The position numbers and the translations under genes were made by a program. From Selaginella moellendorffii (taxonomy: Eukaryota; Plantae; Lycopodiophyta): a stretch of 64,000 nucleotides of DNA. The notes under the pieces are model-generated. The model was not told the DNA's origin, did not search any database, and saw only the letters and a list, made by a program, of their open reading frames with translations. The stretch is from contig NW_003314262.1 in assembly GCF_000143415.4 (NCBI RefSeq), forward strand, positions 947,644 to 1,011,643, in the 5' to 3' direction. Shown piece by piece: positions 12,148 through 25,037 of the stretch (the first letter of the stretch is position 1; each line of letters starts with the position of its first letter).

Positions 12148-15100
12148 AACAGATATGCACTTTCACGGTCACATCCACGAAGAGCTCAAGCCCAACAATG
12201 GGGCAGAACCCTATTCTTCTGTCTCTCCGAGCTAATATAAAAGGAGATTATTCTGAGCATCCAAAATATTCCACTGCGCTCACACAAAACTGGAACTCCA
12301 TGTGCTTCTTGACGGCTTACAATCACTGGCCATTGAGTGACAAGGAGTGTAAGAATTGGTGACAAAATAAATGAAAAGTGTGCATTTCAATGGTAAACCC
12401 TATTGTTTTAGTTATTTTCTTGCAAAAGGATTTTGAACTGGAGAGGATAAATGTTGGTGATCTAGTGTTCTACATTCTTTTTCAAGTGTTTTAGTTTTTG
12501 GTCATGATGAAGCAAGAGTAGTTACAACATTTTACAAAATTCAGATAACATCTGGAAGGCAATAGTGGTTGAATTTCCATATTTATGGGAATTTGTTTTA
12601 GGACTCGAAGCATTTTCTTCCTGGCAGACATTTTTGAAAGAGTCATGTGTTAAATGTTCATCACAATAGTGAATAGATTGTGCTCCCTATTTTCAACTAA
12701 GAAAAATATCATGTAAGAGACCACAAAATCTCATTACCAAAAGAATCACAATAAATCATTGTTCTATTGTTTTATTTTTTAAAGATGTGTTGTTCTATTC
12801 TAAACATCTTCTCAAATTGCAATGTTCTCTACTTCTCCCAGCAGAGTTGGGGGGGTCCCTGCTAGCTTACGTGTGTGTCCATGAGCCCAGTGTTAGAGTC
12901 GGCAGCTAGATAGTGGAGGCTTACCATGATCACTTGCAAGTAGAGGTGTAATTGGCAGCTTCATTCTCATTCACTATGTGGGCAGGTTCCCATGGTCTCG
13001 GAAGGATGCCCTTTGCAGTGTGACTCATCGACGCAGTAGTGAGAATGTCTTGGTAATTGTTACCAGAGGTGGCCAGCATTAAACAAGTAGGTTGTTATTG
13101 GAAACATGGTATTTGATGTACTATTGGAGCCATCGCATCATCTTACAAGAGGCAATGAACAGAGCTGACTGCTTGGAAATGCACACTCCAAGTGTGTTAT
13201 GATCCGGCGCAAAAGATAGAGATTTAGTCTTCCTAAAGTACACTACACTTCCTCTTAAGGTTCCTCACCACCCAACCACCCCCAAGCTACCTCAAAAGCT
13301 CTACTATGCTGTCACTCCACTATGAGCCCTAGGGTAGGTTACTCTAATATGTCTTTATATACCCTTGAGCCTCCCTCTGACCGATGTCAACCACATGGTC
13401 AAAGCTGACATCTAACAATTCAACAAAGTCCTTGTCCCAAGGACGAATTGTGCTGGTGATCACCCTTTCTGCGGAAATCTACTCAAGCTCTTGGTCCATC
13501 TCCCACAGCCGTATACATCAAGGAGGCATTGGGCCCTTCACTCGGAGATAGCACACCTTTCAACTGATTAACATAAAATATTGGATGAATTTTCACCCCA
13601 ACTGGCAGCCACACCCGATAAGCTACTTTACCAATACACTCCAGCACTTGGGAAAGTTTATCACTCGTCCCTGTCTATAAAGGCACCAAAGTGTTCTACC
13701 ACTCACTTGACGGAAATATCACTCACACAAAAACGAGATCACCCACCTTATATTCCCGGAATTGGCAATGCTTATTAGCAAACTTCTCTACTCTATCTTG
13801 AGCGGCCTATAAATTTTATTTGCACACCACTAGAATCTCATCAAGTTCTATGGCTAGATCAATTGCCTCAGAATGAAGCTTATCTTGAACATCCTTATTT
13901 AAATGCAATCCCAATTCCACTACTATTCAAACATGGCAAAGTAAAGACCTAGCTTAGTTCCATTGTGTTGGCTATTATTGTTAGCAAATTGCACTAATTT
14001 AGATATGGATCCCATTGTCCCTACCTTTCACTGATGCTATAACATACCATATCCTCCACCACTTAATTCACATGCTCAATTTGCCCATCCATTTGAGGAT
14101 GATCTCCACTCAAGAATTTCAAGTCACTTGCATAGCCTTTGCAAAGCTCTTCCAAAATCCACTTGTGAATTTTGAATCTCGATCACTAATGTCCTCTGGC
14201 AAACCAAAATTACAAAAAACTTTCTCAAGGTAGACGACAGCTAAGTTTGGAGTAGTGACAATCTTTTGAAGAGCCAACAACTGCATATACTTCATCAACT
14301 AATCCACTATAACCCATACTTGCTCCTTTTGCCTCTATGTGTGTAACAAACAAGTGATGAAGTCTATACACATACTACATCAACGGCTCTGAGAAATAGG
14401 TAAAGGTTGCAAAACTTACCTTGGTTTCTCTCATGGCACCTTAACATACTAACAAAGCTTGCATGATTACAATACTAGAGGATATCAATCTTCATATTCC
14501 TCCAATAAAAATTGCACTTAATCAAGTTATACATCTTCTTCCCCCCAAGATGACTGGCCTTTGGACAATCATGATAGTGGAATAAAACTTGAGTAATTAA
14601 CACATCCACTCGTGGCAAATATACATAGCCATATCTCATCCACCAAAGAAAAAGGGGCTTCCATGTGGTTTCCCAAAGAGGCCACCTCGGCATCTTGAGC
14701 TTGAGCACGCTCAAGCAACTGCCCAAACTTGCTGACCACCTTACTCAAATGATGATAAAACTGTGTTTATAACATTGTTACATGACAAACATGAAATAAA
14801 GCATCTGCCACCACATTTGTTTTTCCCAGATGATACTCAATAAAAAACTCCCCAAAGCACCATAAAGATAGTGCTGCCACATCCGCAAAGCATGAACAAT
14901 AGAGAGTAACTCTTGCTCATTTGTGGAATAGCATTGCTTTATAGGATTTAAAGTTTAACTCTCATATACAATAGGCTGTCCCTCTTGTATGAGAACTCTT
15001 CCCAATCTATAACCACTCGCATCACATATCACCTCATAAATATTTGAAGGATCAGCAATAACTCAACAACTGTTTCAACACCACAAAACTCTCCTCTTAT

Positions 15101-15924
15101 GGCTTCTTCCACTTAAATGGCATATTCTTGTGCAATAACCATGTCAAATAAATATCACCTCCACAAACTTATGTTAGAAACGTTAATAGTAACTAGCTAT
15201 ACCAAGGAAATTATGTAACTTAGCCATTGTAGTTGGTGTAGGTTAATTCTCCACCACAACCACCTTCCTTAGATCTGTTTTGACACCTTTAGATGTCACA
15301 TTATGGCCTAAATACTCCACCTTTAACTTTGCAAACTTATATTTACTCTTTTTCAAATAAAGTTTGCTGTTACAGAATAACAAAAGAACCTTGTGCAATG
15401 CACCTTATGCTCCTCCATATTCTTGCTGAAAACAAGAATATTATCTAAGAAAATCTCCATAAACTCATGAAGATAATGCCTAAATACTTATGTCATCAAC
15501 TGAGTAAATGTGGCTAGTGCATTCATCAAACCAAACAGCATAAATGTAAACTCAAAATGTTTGAAGCTTGTGTTGAATGCCATTTTGGAAATAGATGCAT
15601 CATCCATTGCAATTTGATGATATCCACTGCTTAGATCAATCTTAGTAAATACTCATGCTTGACCAAGCTTGTCTAAGATTTCATCCACCATGGCATCAAC
15701 ATTTTATCCTTCACTATCTTCTTATTCAAGGCATGGTAGTCAATACACATCTGCATTAAATCATCTTTTTTCACAAGCAAAACTAAAGCACTAAAGGGAG
15801 ACTTACTTGGCTGAATAAATCTAAACTCAAGTAATTCCTTGACTTGTTAAACTTCTTGCTCCTCCGCATAACTTAACCGGAATGGATGTCAGTAAATTGG
15901 CTGTGTCCCTAGCTCTAACATAAT

Positions 15925-18900
15925 TTAGCGCATGTGGTTTTGACCCTTTATCTTATGGCGATTTACCATAGGATAACACTACGAAGCAGAACCTAAACCC
16001 TTCATGTGCCACATGACTGATGCCACGTGTCACATGCCACGTGTCCAAAGGAATGTGGTGTAGAACCCGAGGTTCAGGGCCTTGGGCCATTGAATGAAGG
16101 AATGGTGCCAAACCCCCAAGCATGGAGCCAAGGAATGATGGAACTGGACCACGGAGCAACTCCCGAGCATACAGCCCAAGGAGCGAAGGGACAGGAGCCC
16201 GGAGCGACTTGGAACAGTCCTGGAGCAACTAGTCCTAATGCCAGGACTAGCACGCAAAATGGAGCCAAACGGAGTCTAGCGCTATTTCGACATACCAGTG
16301 GCCTAACGCGAGGACATGGGTACTCCACCAGCTAGCATGGAATGGAACTTGGGCTTAGACCCAAGACAGACGCAGAACAAGGATAGGCACACAAGCAAGA
16401 GCTAGACTATGCCTCAAGTTAGTGGCAGTAAGGAAAGAGTGTCCGTAAGGACTAGTCGACAAGTAACTTTTGATACCCGAAGTCACATTTGCGACACTCT
16501 CCCCCCCTAGGGAAGATCGATGTCCTCGTTGATGCATACTCGAGTCTAGAATATTGCCAAGGAAACAACTCCAGCAAAAGTTCATAGTATTCACACTATG
16601 TGAGAAATGCACCAACTTAAATGAGTTAGGGGTAACCTCTTTGTCTAACGCGGATGTGCTACCAACTCAGACACCTTCTGGCCGTCACCGACAAGGAAAT
16701 GACTAACGGAGTGAGCCACCCTTGCTTCTCTGGGTGTCACCCAGCTACAAAAGTGTGATATGCCCCTGCCCGCAAGGACATAGAGAGAGGAGCCAAAGGC
16801 CCCAACCCTCCTAAGCAAATAAACCAAACCCATCAGTAAGGTTTAAATAGACTATTGTAAATAGGCAGTTAGAGTTGTTTACACGGTCATGCCCTTTTAA
16901 CAGAATAAGGATCATCAATAGAGAGGCAAGTTATGTGACTAATTGACAGTAGCTACCCCATGGCTAGAGATTTCACCATGCACACGAAGTGCTGAAGCCA
17001 GTCTGTCTATACTGGCCCAAACTCAAAGATCAATATATGGATTATATCAAAGTCATAGACAATGATATCTTAGAGATTTAATTATTAGTGAATAAAGCTT
17101 AGATTAGAACACAAAAGTATTCCAAGTAAGTTATCATCCGATAAACTAGTATTATAATTCAGGAACCACCAAGATCAGCATGGTTAGAAATCATAGGATA
17201 CACTATCCCACAAAATTCAATAGCACATATACCATTAAGTAAACTCAATGATAAAATTTAACTACCAAAGATTGTAGATAGTATGCCAAACAATATACAA
17301 AAGATAACTCAGAAAACACAAAGTATCATTGACTGGCAAGCAAAATGCTCACGAATGTATCACTCAGAGGAAATAACATCCAATCTATCAAAACCAACTA
17401 TGGTAATAATAACTAGAATAGAATGAATGCGGTAAAACCAACAAACACTCTGTTATGCCAATTATTGCAATAGCCAATTTGAATAGATCCTAGCCAATAA
17501 TACTAAGGAACTAGAGTTTCTCAAGCACATCCTATTGATGTCTCAAACCCAAGAGACCAATCCAAGGCAAACCACAAAGAATATGTGGTATTGCAAAAAG
17601 CCATAAACTATCAAAGAAAATAATTAACCATCATGAAAGATCATCAATTATCCTATCAATGAAGAGATGCATAATCATTATCGAAGAAGGAATCCACCAT
17701 CTTGAAGAATGGCAAATCATTATATACCAACAATAATCAAGTAAAATCTTCGACAAGGATAATCAACTATCCTAGATGATAGTCAATCATTACCAATGAT
17801 TGGTAGATGCAAAAGCCAACTTCAACATCGAAGCTAATGAGCCAAAATAGCTTCCTCAACAACTTCTAACAAATGGAACAATGAGTATGAAAACTCAAGG
17901 AACCAAAAGCTTAAAGAAGCTTATAGATAAGTCATACCTAGCAATGATCATGAGTCTCGCATGATCTAACTTCAAGGATAAAAAAGAAAATCATAGTACA
18001 ACCCATAATATCCTCCTCAACACATCCATAAGCCAAACTTCATAATGCTAAAGCTAATGAAATGCATTTCTGCATTAATCCAAAAGCTAAGCACAATGGA
18101 GCTATGCCCAACAAGTGATATCAAATCGATCCTCCATGAATCCATCTATATCAAGACGTAACTCACTTCATAACAAACCCAAAAAGAATCATCAATAATT
18201 GATATATTCTAACTTAAATCCAATAAGGATTCAAATATTCCAATATCGATCACTAACTCCTCCTCTTGTAGAGTTAGCATAGTCCACGACTAAATCACTT
18301 TTCAAGGATAAGCTTAAAACTCAACCCATACTAAATAATCTCGTCTAGAACACAACTAACTCAAACTTACCACTTAATTTATTTGAACGTCAATACATTT
18401 GCTAACTAGCAAATGCACGAATGCTAACAACACAAAGTTACAACCAAATCATCAACACTATCTCTATCAAGACTAATAAAACTCAATATCAATTTTTCGG
18501 AGAGATATCTCATTTCACTCAAATCTCAACATCAACAATGTCAACGACAAAGCATCACTTCAATGCCATGAACACCATAACAAAGCTAGAAGAAAACTCA
18601 AGTGAATCACCACCCAAAACTCTCTAGCAACTAAGCTAACCAAAGTCAAGGATACTTTACTTAGTATTCAAGACTAATCCTTCAATAATACTTAGCTATA
18701 GATAACACTTCATCGAGGAGTGATTCACCACGTCCATGACTCAATGAAATCTAACACTATGAACTAAACGCAACCAAATGATATTGATAGAGGCAGAGTC
18801 TATATGTCAACATGGAAAACCATGTAAGTCTAATGACACAATCCTCCACAACACCATTCGGTAGAGCAAGCATATCACTGCTAAATCATCATCAAATGAA

Positions 18901-20093
18901 GCAAGTGTCACAGTCTTTGACAAAATCTACAAGCAATCACTAGTTGCAAAGCAACCAACAATCACTTTCCAACTTGCCTTTCACAAGACCCAAACACTAA
19001 ACTCACGTCATCAAGTTATATACTTGTCCAACATGAACGTAATACCCCAGATACAAGATAAAGGTTCATGGACAAGTATGAACTAAATGACCACTCGAAT
19101 CCAACTCAACTGTAATAAGCTCACTAATGCATTTAGCCACTAGCTCTGAGCATGCCTTGAAGAGGCTAGCCATGCATAATCAACACTCAGTTGAAACTAA
19201 AGTGAAGACCACGAGATGGACTCATATCGGTACACAACTTCCTCATAGTTAAAGCTATAGTATAGGTACTAACATCTCAACCTCAAACAACTAAGTTGGA
19301 CATCACCATCCTCAGCTAAGGCGTAGGGCCACCAAGACCAAGTCAAGATCAGTGAGAGCTCACTACTCTCATAGAGTTTAACGAAGTGCAAGGTGCAACC
19401 TGCCACCAAACTCAATGCTATAAAAGAAAGGCACAAAGGTCACCCTTTTTAAGAAAAACATTATGGCCACTTTTCTACATTAACTCCAGACTCTATCCAA
19501 CTCAATTGCCTTAGCCCCAAAAGCTAACATCCCTTTCATGCCGCATCATACAAACTACCTACTAAGGTCTAAGCTAACTGAAGCCAACTCCAACCCCTTC
19601 ACTAGTTTGTATTGGCTTTACAAAAATGGAATGGTTTTCAGGCAAAGTGATCAGCAGATCAGCCATCATCATCTCTACATTTCATAGATATGCCAAATGA
19701 GCAAATCTAAACACTTTCCATAAGGACCGAAATGAGACTAACACAAAGGGCATGATAGCTAGGGTGTTTGGCAGACATGGTAAGCTATCATTTAGTGAAT
19801 ATTGAGGGACCAAGCTCAATATCACAGGGGTTCTTGATACTAACAAGTGTAAGCCAATGACTCAAGTTTCTCAAACCAGACCGAGTATGCTCAGCAAGAA
19901 ACACATAGGGTTCCTACCTTATGTTTATCCAATCTAAATGCATGGTCATTAACCAGTTTCTCAACTAGCTCAAGTGGGAAACTGATAATGGGTCTAGCAA
20001 TACCGACCTCCTGCCATTGTGGCAGTAAGGAAAGAGTGTCCGTAAGGACTAGCCGACAGATAACTTTCGATACCTGAAGTCACATTCGCAATA
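15925..20093 (-). mobile_element. Non-coding LTR-type insertion (family D) in family C pol
   Basis: Host pol resumes exactly across it (flanks ATAAT / GTAAT). 76-bp direct repeat at 16421-16496 and 20018-20093. PPT-like tract (ctctccccccct on plus) at 16497-16508. No long ORF. Confidence 0.7.
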
Positions 20094-21070
20094 GTAATCC
20101 CATGCTCCACACCTCGTAATAAAGGCAACCCATGAGGAAGTTCAAATGGAAAAACATCAGAAAACTCGTTAAGTGTATCCTATACTATTGCTTCTTCCCC
20201 ATACATGCCTTAGTCCCCTAAGTCATGAATAAATAACAAGTAACTCAAAAGTTCTTTTCCATTATGACAAGCCCACTTCAAAGATGTAGTGGAGAGCATA
20301 ACAACTAAAGGTTGAACTCCCTCTCCAAACTACACATCTTTAATGCCACTATATTTTAGCAAAACACACTTAATACTTTATTTTATCTCCAAATCCACTT
20401 TCACCAACCATGGCATCCCAAGAATAAAATCCATACAATAGATATTTACAAAATAAAAAGTTTCCATAAGTATGGTTTTGCCAACCAACAGTTCTAACCC
20501 CTTTACACAAGCATCAAATTGCTGAGTAAAGGTAGTTGCACTTTCCACCGTGTATGGAAGAACTCCTTGTGTGACTAGGCCATGCTCCACAACAAACTTT
20601 GCTGAAACAAAATTGTCATCACTCCCACTATTCAGTAAACTCTACACTAGACCGCCATGGAACACACCCTCTAATATTAAAGCTAATTCACAAGTGTCCT
20701 CAAGTTTCATTTTATTCCACATACAGTTGAGTTAACGAGCAATGATTGAAAACCTCTTCCTTTGACTAGAATGGTCATCCCCATCATCCTCACACTATAA
20801 AGTTTGCAAGTCACTAGGAAAGGTTGATTTGCACGAGAACTGACCTCACCTTACCTCTCCAACTTTTTAGTATCTAAGTTACCGTCAATAGAAGATTGGC
20901 TATTCCTTTTGCCCTATTGCTTGTTCTTCAAATTTGGACAATCAACCTTGTAGTGTCTGAGCTCGCCGCAATGATGACAACCATGTCTATAATTCTTTAT
21001 AAAGAAATTTTGCTGCTTTGACCCCTTTGCATCAAAAGTAGTCACCACAGATTTCAACTTGGGATGCTTG

Positions 21071-22273
21071 TGTAAGCCACAAATTTTTCCTTTCCAATTT
21101 GCCAGCTTATCTCGTCTATCCGACCAACACTGCCTTGGCTTGTGCTAAGTTCCCTCGCCAAAGTTCTCACCTATTGCACCAGCTCCTACTTGGTTCTACT
21201 TGGTTTCAGCTACTCACTGCATAAGCAACGGAGAGTTAGCCTTCCATCCACAGATTCCCAAATCTCTCCCAATCCCCCTCCCCGGGTTAGACTGGACTTA
21301 AGGTTCGGCTACACTCCTCGCAGGCACAAGCAGCCAAGCACACCAAGCCTCTAGGTTCCTAACACCCCTTGGTACAACAAGGCTTGATCATAGGACCCTC
21401 TAAATCCCAAGCCTTGGGTGCAACACTTGCTTCGGGACATCAGGGCGAAACACCGTGGCCTAACGGCCCGGTATGGGTACCTCTACCCCCCCACTTCCAT
21501 CCCGAAGGGAAGGCCCAAGCCCCTAAGAAGGGCGAGGACCAATGAGCCACAAGGTACGCAAGTGGGGCACCACTCCACATGAGCCGGGAGCACCGCAGTC
21601 GGTTTCCCTTTCGGGAGTGGGAGCTGCTCTTGAGCACTTCCCTAGGTGGCCCCTCCAGCACCACCCAAGCCCATGCTCACTCCCACCCAAGGCCCCTCGG
21701 CCCCAGTCTCAACCTCAAGTCAGTTTGGAAGCACCACTGGAGTCCTTCAAGACTGGTTCCTGGACCTCACTATCCCTACTATACTTTTGGAACCCCCTGC
21801 AGCCCCCCCCCCCCCCCCCTTGGGAGACACACGCTTTGGGCTTTCACCCCTTGACCCGTATTAGTATTTGGACTTAGTCTCAGATTCAATCTCGAACTTG
21901 ATCTCGGACCCGACTTTGGATTCGGTCTCGGACTCGATCTCGGACTCGATCTCAGACCCGATCTCGGACTCGACTTCAGACTCGACCTCGGACTCGGTCT
22001 CGGACCTGATTTGGATCTCGGACTCCGTCTTGAACTCGGTCTCGGACCTGATTTGGATCTCGGACTCCGTCTTGAACTCGGTCTCAAACTCGGTCTCGAT
22101 CTCGGTCTCCGATTCGGCCTCGGCTCGATCCCGGACTCTATCTCGAACTCGGTCTCAGAGTCGGTCTTGGACTTGATCTTCGACTCGGTCCCATCCGATG
22201 AACTCTTTGTCATTTTGGTCAAGCTTTCGGGGATCCTTTAGCCTACGACATCTCGGGGAGTCGGTTCCTTATA
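21071..22273 (-). mobile_element. Solo LTR, family A
   Basis: Reverse complement of LTR 38101-39260; perfect TSD GCTTG. Confidence 0.95.
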
Positions 22274-22433
22274 GCTTGTTCCCATCTTTGTGTCCACGGC
22301 AATCATTACAGCAATTCTTGAGAAAAGGACTTTACAAATGCTTACAAGACTTTTGCTTGTCATTCTCAAGTCAATGAGCCACATCAAAGAGCTCCTCCAA
22401 ACTCTTTGTAAGCTGAGAATGACACAAGTGTTG

Positions 22434-24181
22434 TGTAAGCGACTAATTTTTCCATTCTAGTTTAGTCACTTAACCCCACCTCCAACCACTTGGAGGAGTC
22501 TCATTCACAACCTCCATAAGCCCAACTCAGGACTTGGGGCTTGCTAGCCCCGAGAATGGCATCCATGCCACTCAACCTTAGCACTTGGTCCAAGTGCTCC
22601 ACGTGTCCGATCCCATGATCGACACCCCAAGGTACCATCGACATATCGGCCCGTTACGCTAAGGCCATGCCCATTTACCTTGGTCACACTGGTGGTCCAA
22701 CACCACCTACATTCCAATCCCGTCTCTCAAAGACTGGGTCATCCATCCATGAGTGGTCATCCCAGATCCACTCCTTAACATCCTTAGGATGCCTACAGAC
22801 ATGGGGAATAGCCTTCCCCAATACCTCTGTTCCGGTCCCCACCAAGTCCCTTTCTGTCCTTGGCTGTGTTCGCCAACACTGCCACTGGATCGAGGCCCAC
22901 CGGCCCGACCACTAAGTCCCACTATCCTCTAGGACTTCCTCACTGTGTGACCGTGTCCTTGGTCACCACACCGGAGGGCTACCCCTCTTCTTTTCCACAG
23001 TCTGGGACTTTGGGACAACATTTCGAAACACCGTGGCCTTACGCGAGCCACCTGGGTACTCTCCCCGCCTTCCGCCTTTAGGTGCTCTAGCCATGGGCTT
23101 AGAGCGAGGTTCCGTTGAGCCACGACAGGTATCCAAGTAGGTAGTGCCACCCACACTTGGACTGGGAGCATCGGCCAGTCGATCTCCCGGGGGAACTAGA
23201 GCCGGCTCTTGAACACTTCACCAAGCTACCCCGCTTGTCGGTCCGTGTTCACTCTAGTCTTGGATTTCCCAGTGGGCAGCTCATCACCCAACACTGGGTC
23301 CGGCCTTCCTGGGCCAAACTGGCCTTTCCTGGCCAAACTAGCTCCACTGCAGTCCTCCCCCCCCACCATACTTTTGGAGCTCACCAAACCCCCCAGGGTC
23401 TGGGAGACGAACGCTTTGGGCTTTCACCCTCTCAGGCTCCAGACTCGGACTCGGACTCGGACTCAGACTCGGACTCGGATTCGGACTCGGACTTGGGCTC
23501 GGGCTCGGTCTCGGCCTCGGCCTCGGTCTCGGTCTCGGTCCCGATCTCAGTCTTGGTCTCGGTCTCGGTCTCGGTCCCGGTCTCGGTCTCGACTTCGGAC
23601 TCCATCTCGGACTCCATCTCGGACTCCATCTCGGACTCCATCTCGGGTCCATCTCGGGTCCATCTCGGACTCCATCTCGGACTCCATCTCGGGTCCATCT
23701 CGGACTCCATCTCGGACTCCATTTCGGGTCCATCTCGGGTCCACCTCGGACTCCATCTCGGACTCCATCTCGGACTCCGTCTCGGGTCCATCTCGGACTC
23801 CACTTCGGACTCCAACTCGGGTCCACCTCGGACTCCACTTCGGACTCCATCTCGGACTCCATCTCGGGTCCATCTCGGACTCCACTTCGGACTCCAACTC
23901 GGGTCCATCTCGGACTCCACTTCGGACTCCAACTCGAGTCCATCTCGGACACTCCCATGTGTCATGTGTTGGTCCTTTTGGGTCCCTTTTTGGAGCCTCG
24001 CCTTTTGCTCGCTTCGTGCTCGTTCCTCGAGCACTTCGTTGGGAGTTCCACTCCCGCTCTTGACTTTTCAAGTCGGAGCTTTTGGTCCAAACGTGTTACG
24101 CTCGTTTGGCTCTCGCTTCGGCCACTACCATGTGGCGCCCTTCCGGCTCCACTTTGGGGACTAGGGATTTTGTGTCTCACA
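22434..24181 (-). mobile_element. Solo LTR, family B
   Basis: TGTAAGC...TCTCACA termini; perfect TSD TGTTG. Confidence 0.95.
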
Positions 24182-25037
24182 TGTTGTAGCATGCTTTCAC
24201 TATGGAGGCTATCAATGAAGTAGAACTTGTTCTAATCTGGATCCTTCATTGAAACACGATTAATCATACGAGTAAGCTTCTTAATATAGTCCCCGAGCAT
24301 CATTTTCCCTTGTTGAAAATGTCAAAGTTCTATATGAGCATTTTTCACATCGTAGTGAGGGGCAAAACATAAATGAAAAGTAGCCTCAAGCTCATCCATA
24401 GTAGACACTAATGGTTCCTTATCCATAACACAAAACTCCTCAAGCCAATTCCACCACTAAAGACCCACATCACGCAAAACCATTGGAATAGCCACTAAAG
24501 CATCTGTTGTAAGCAATTAATTTTTCCATTCTACTTTAGTCACTTAACAACACCTCTGACCACTTGGAGGAGTTTCATTCACAACCTCTATAAGCCCAAT
24601 TCAGGACTTGGGGCTTGTTAGCCCTGAGAATAGCATCCATACCACTCAACCTTTACACTCAGTCCAAGTGCTCCACGTGTCTGATCCCATGACTAACACC
24701 CCAAAGTGCCATCGATATATAATATGGTTCAATATCACTTGCACCAGAGTCCCGTATCTTAAAGATTGGGCCATCTGTCCATGAGTGATCATCCTAGATC
24801 CACTCTTTAGCATCCTTAGGATGCTTGCAAATAGAGGGAACAATCTTCCCCAACATCCCTTTTATAATCCCCAACAAGTCCCTTTTTTATCCATGGCTGT
24901 GTTCGCCAACACTGCCCCTAGGACAAGGCCCATAGGCCCAACCACTAAGTCCCACTATCCTCTAGGACTTCTTCACCACATGACCACATCCTTGGTCACT
25001 ATGCCAAAGGATTGTTCCTCTTCCTTTCCACCATCTA

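Noticed and set aside
23445-23950. Regular repeats as a CRISPR array
   Set aside because: No unique spacers; eukaryotic LTR minisatellite.
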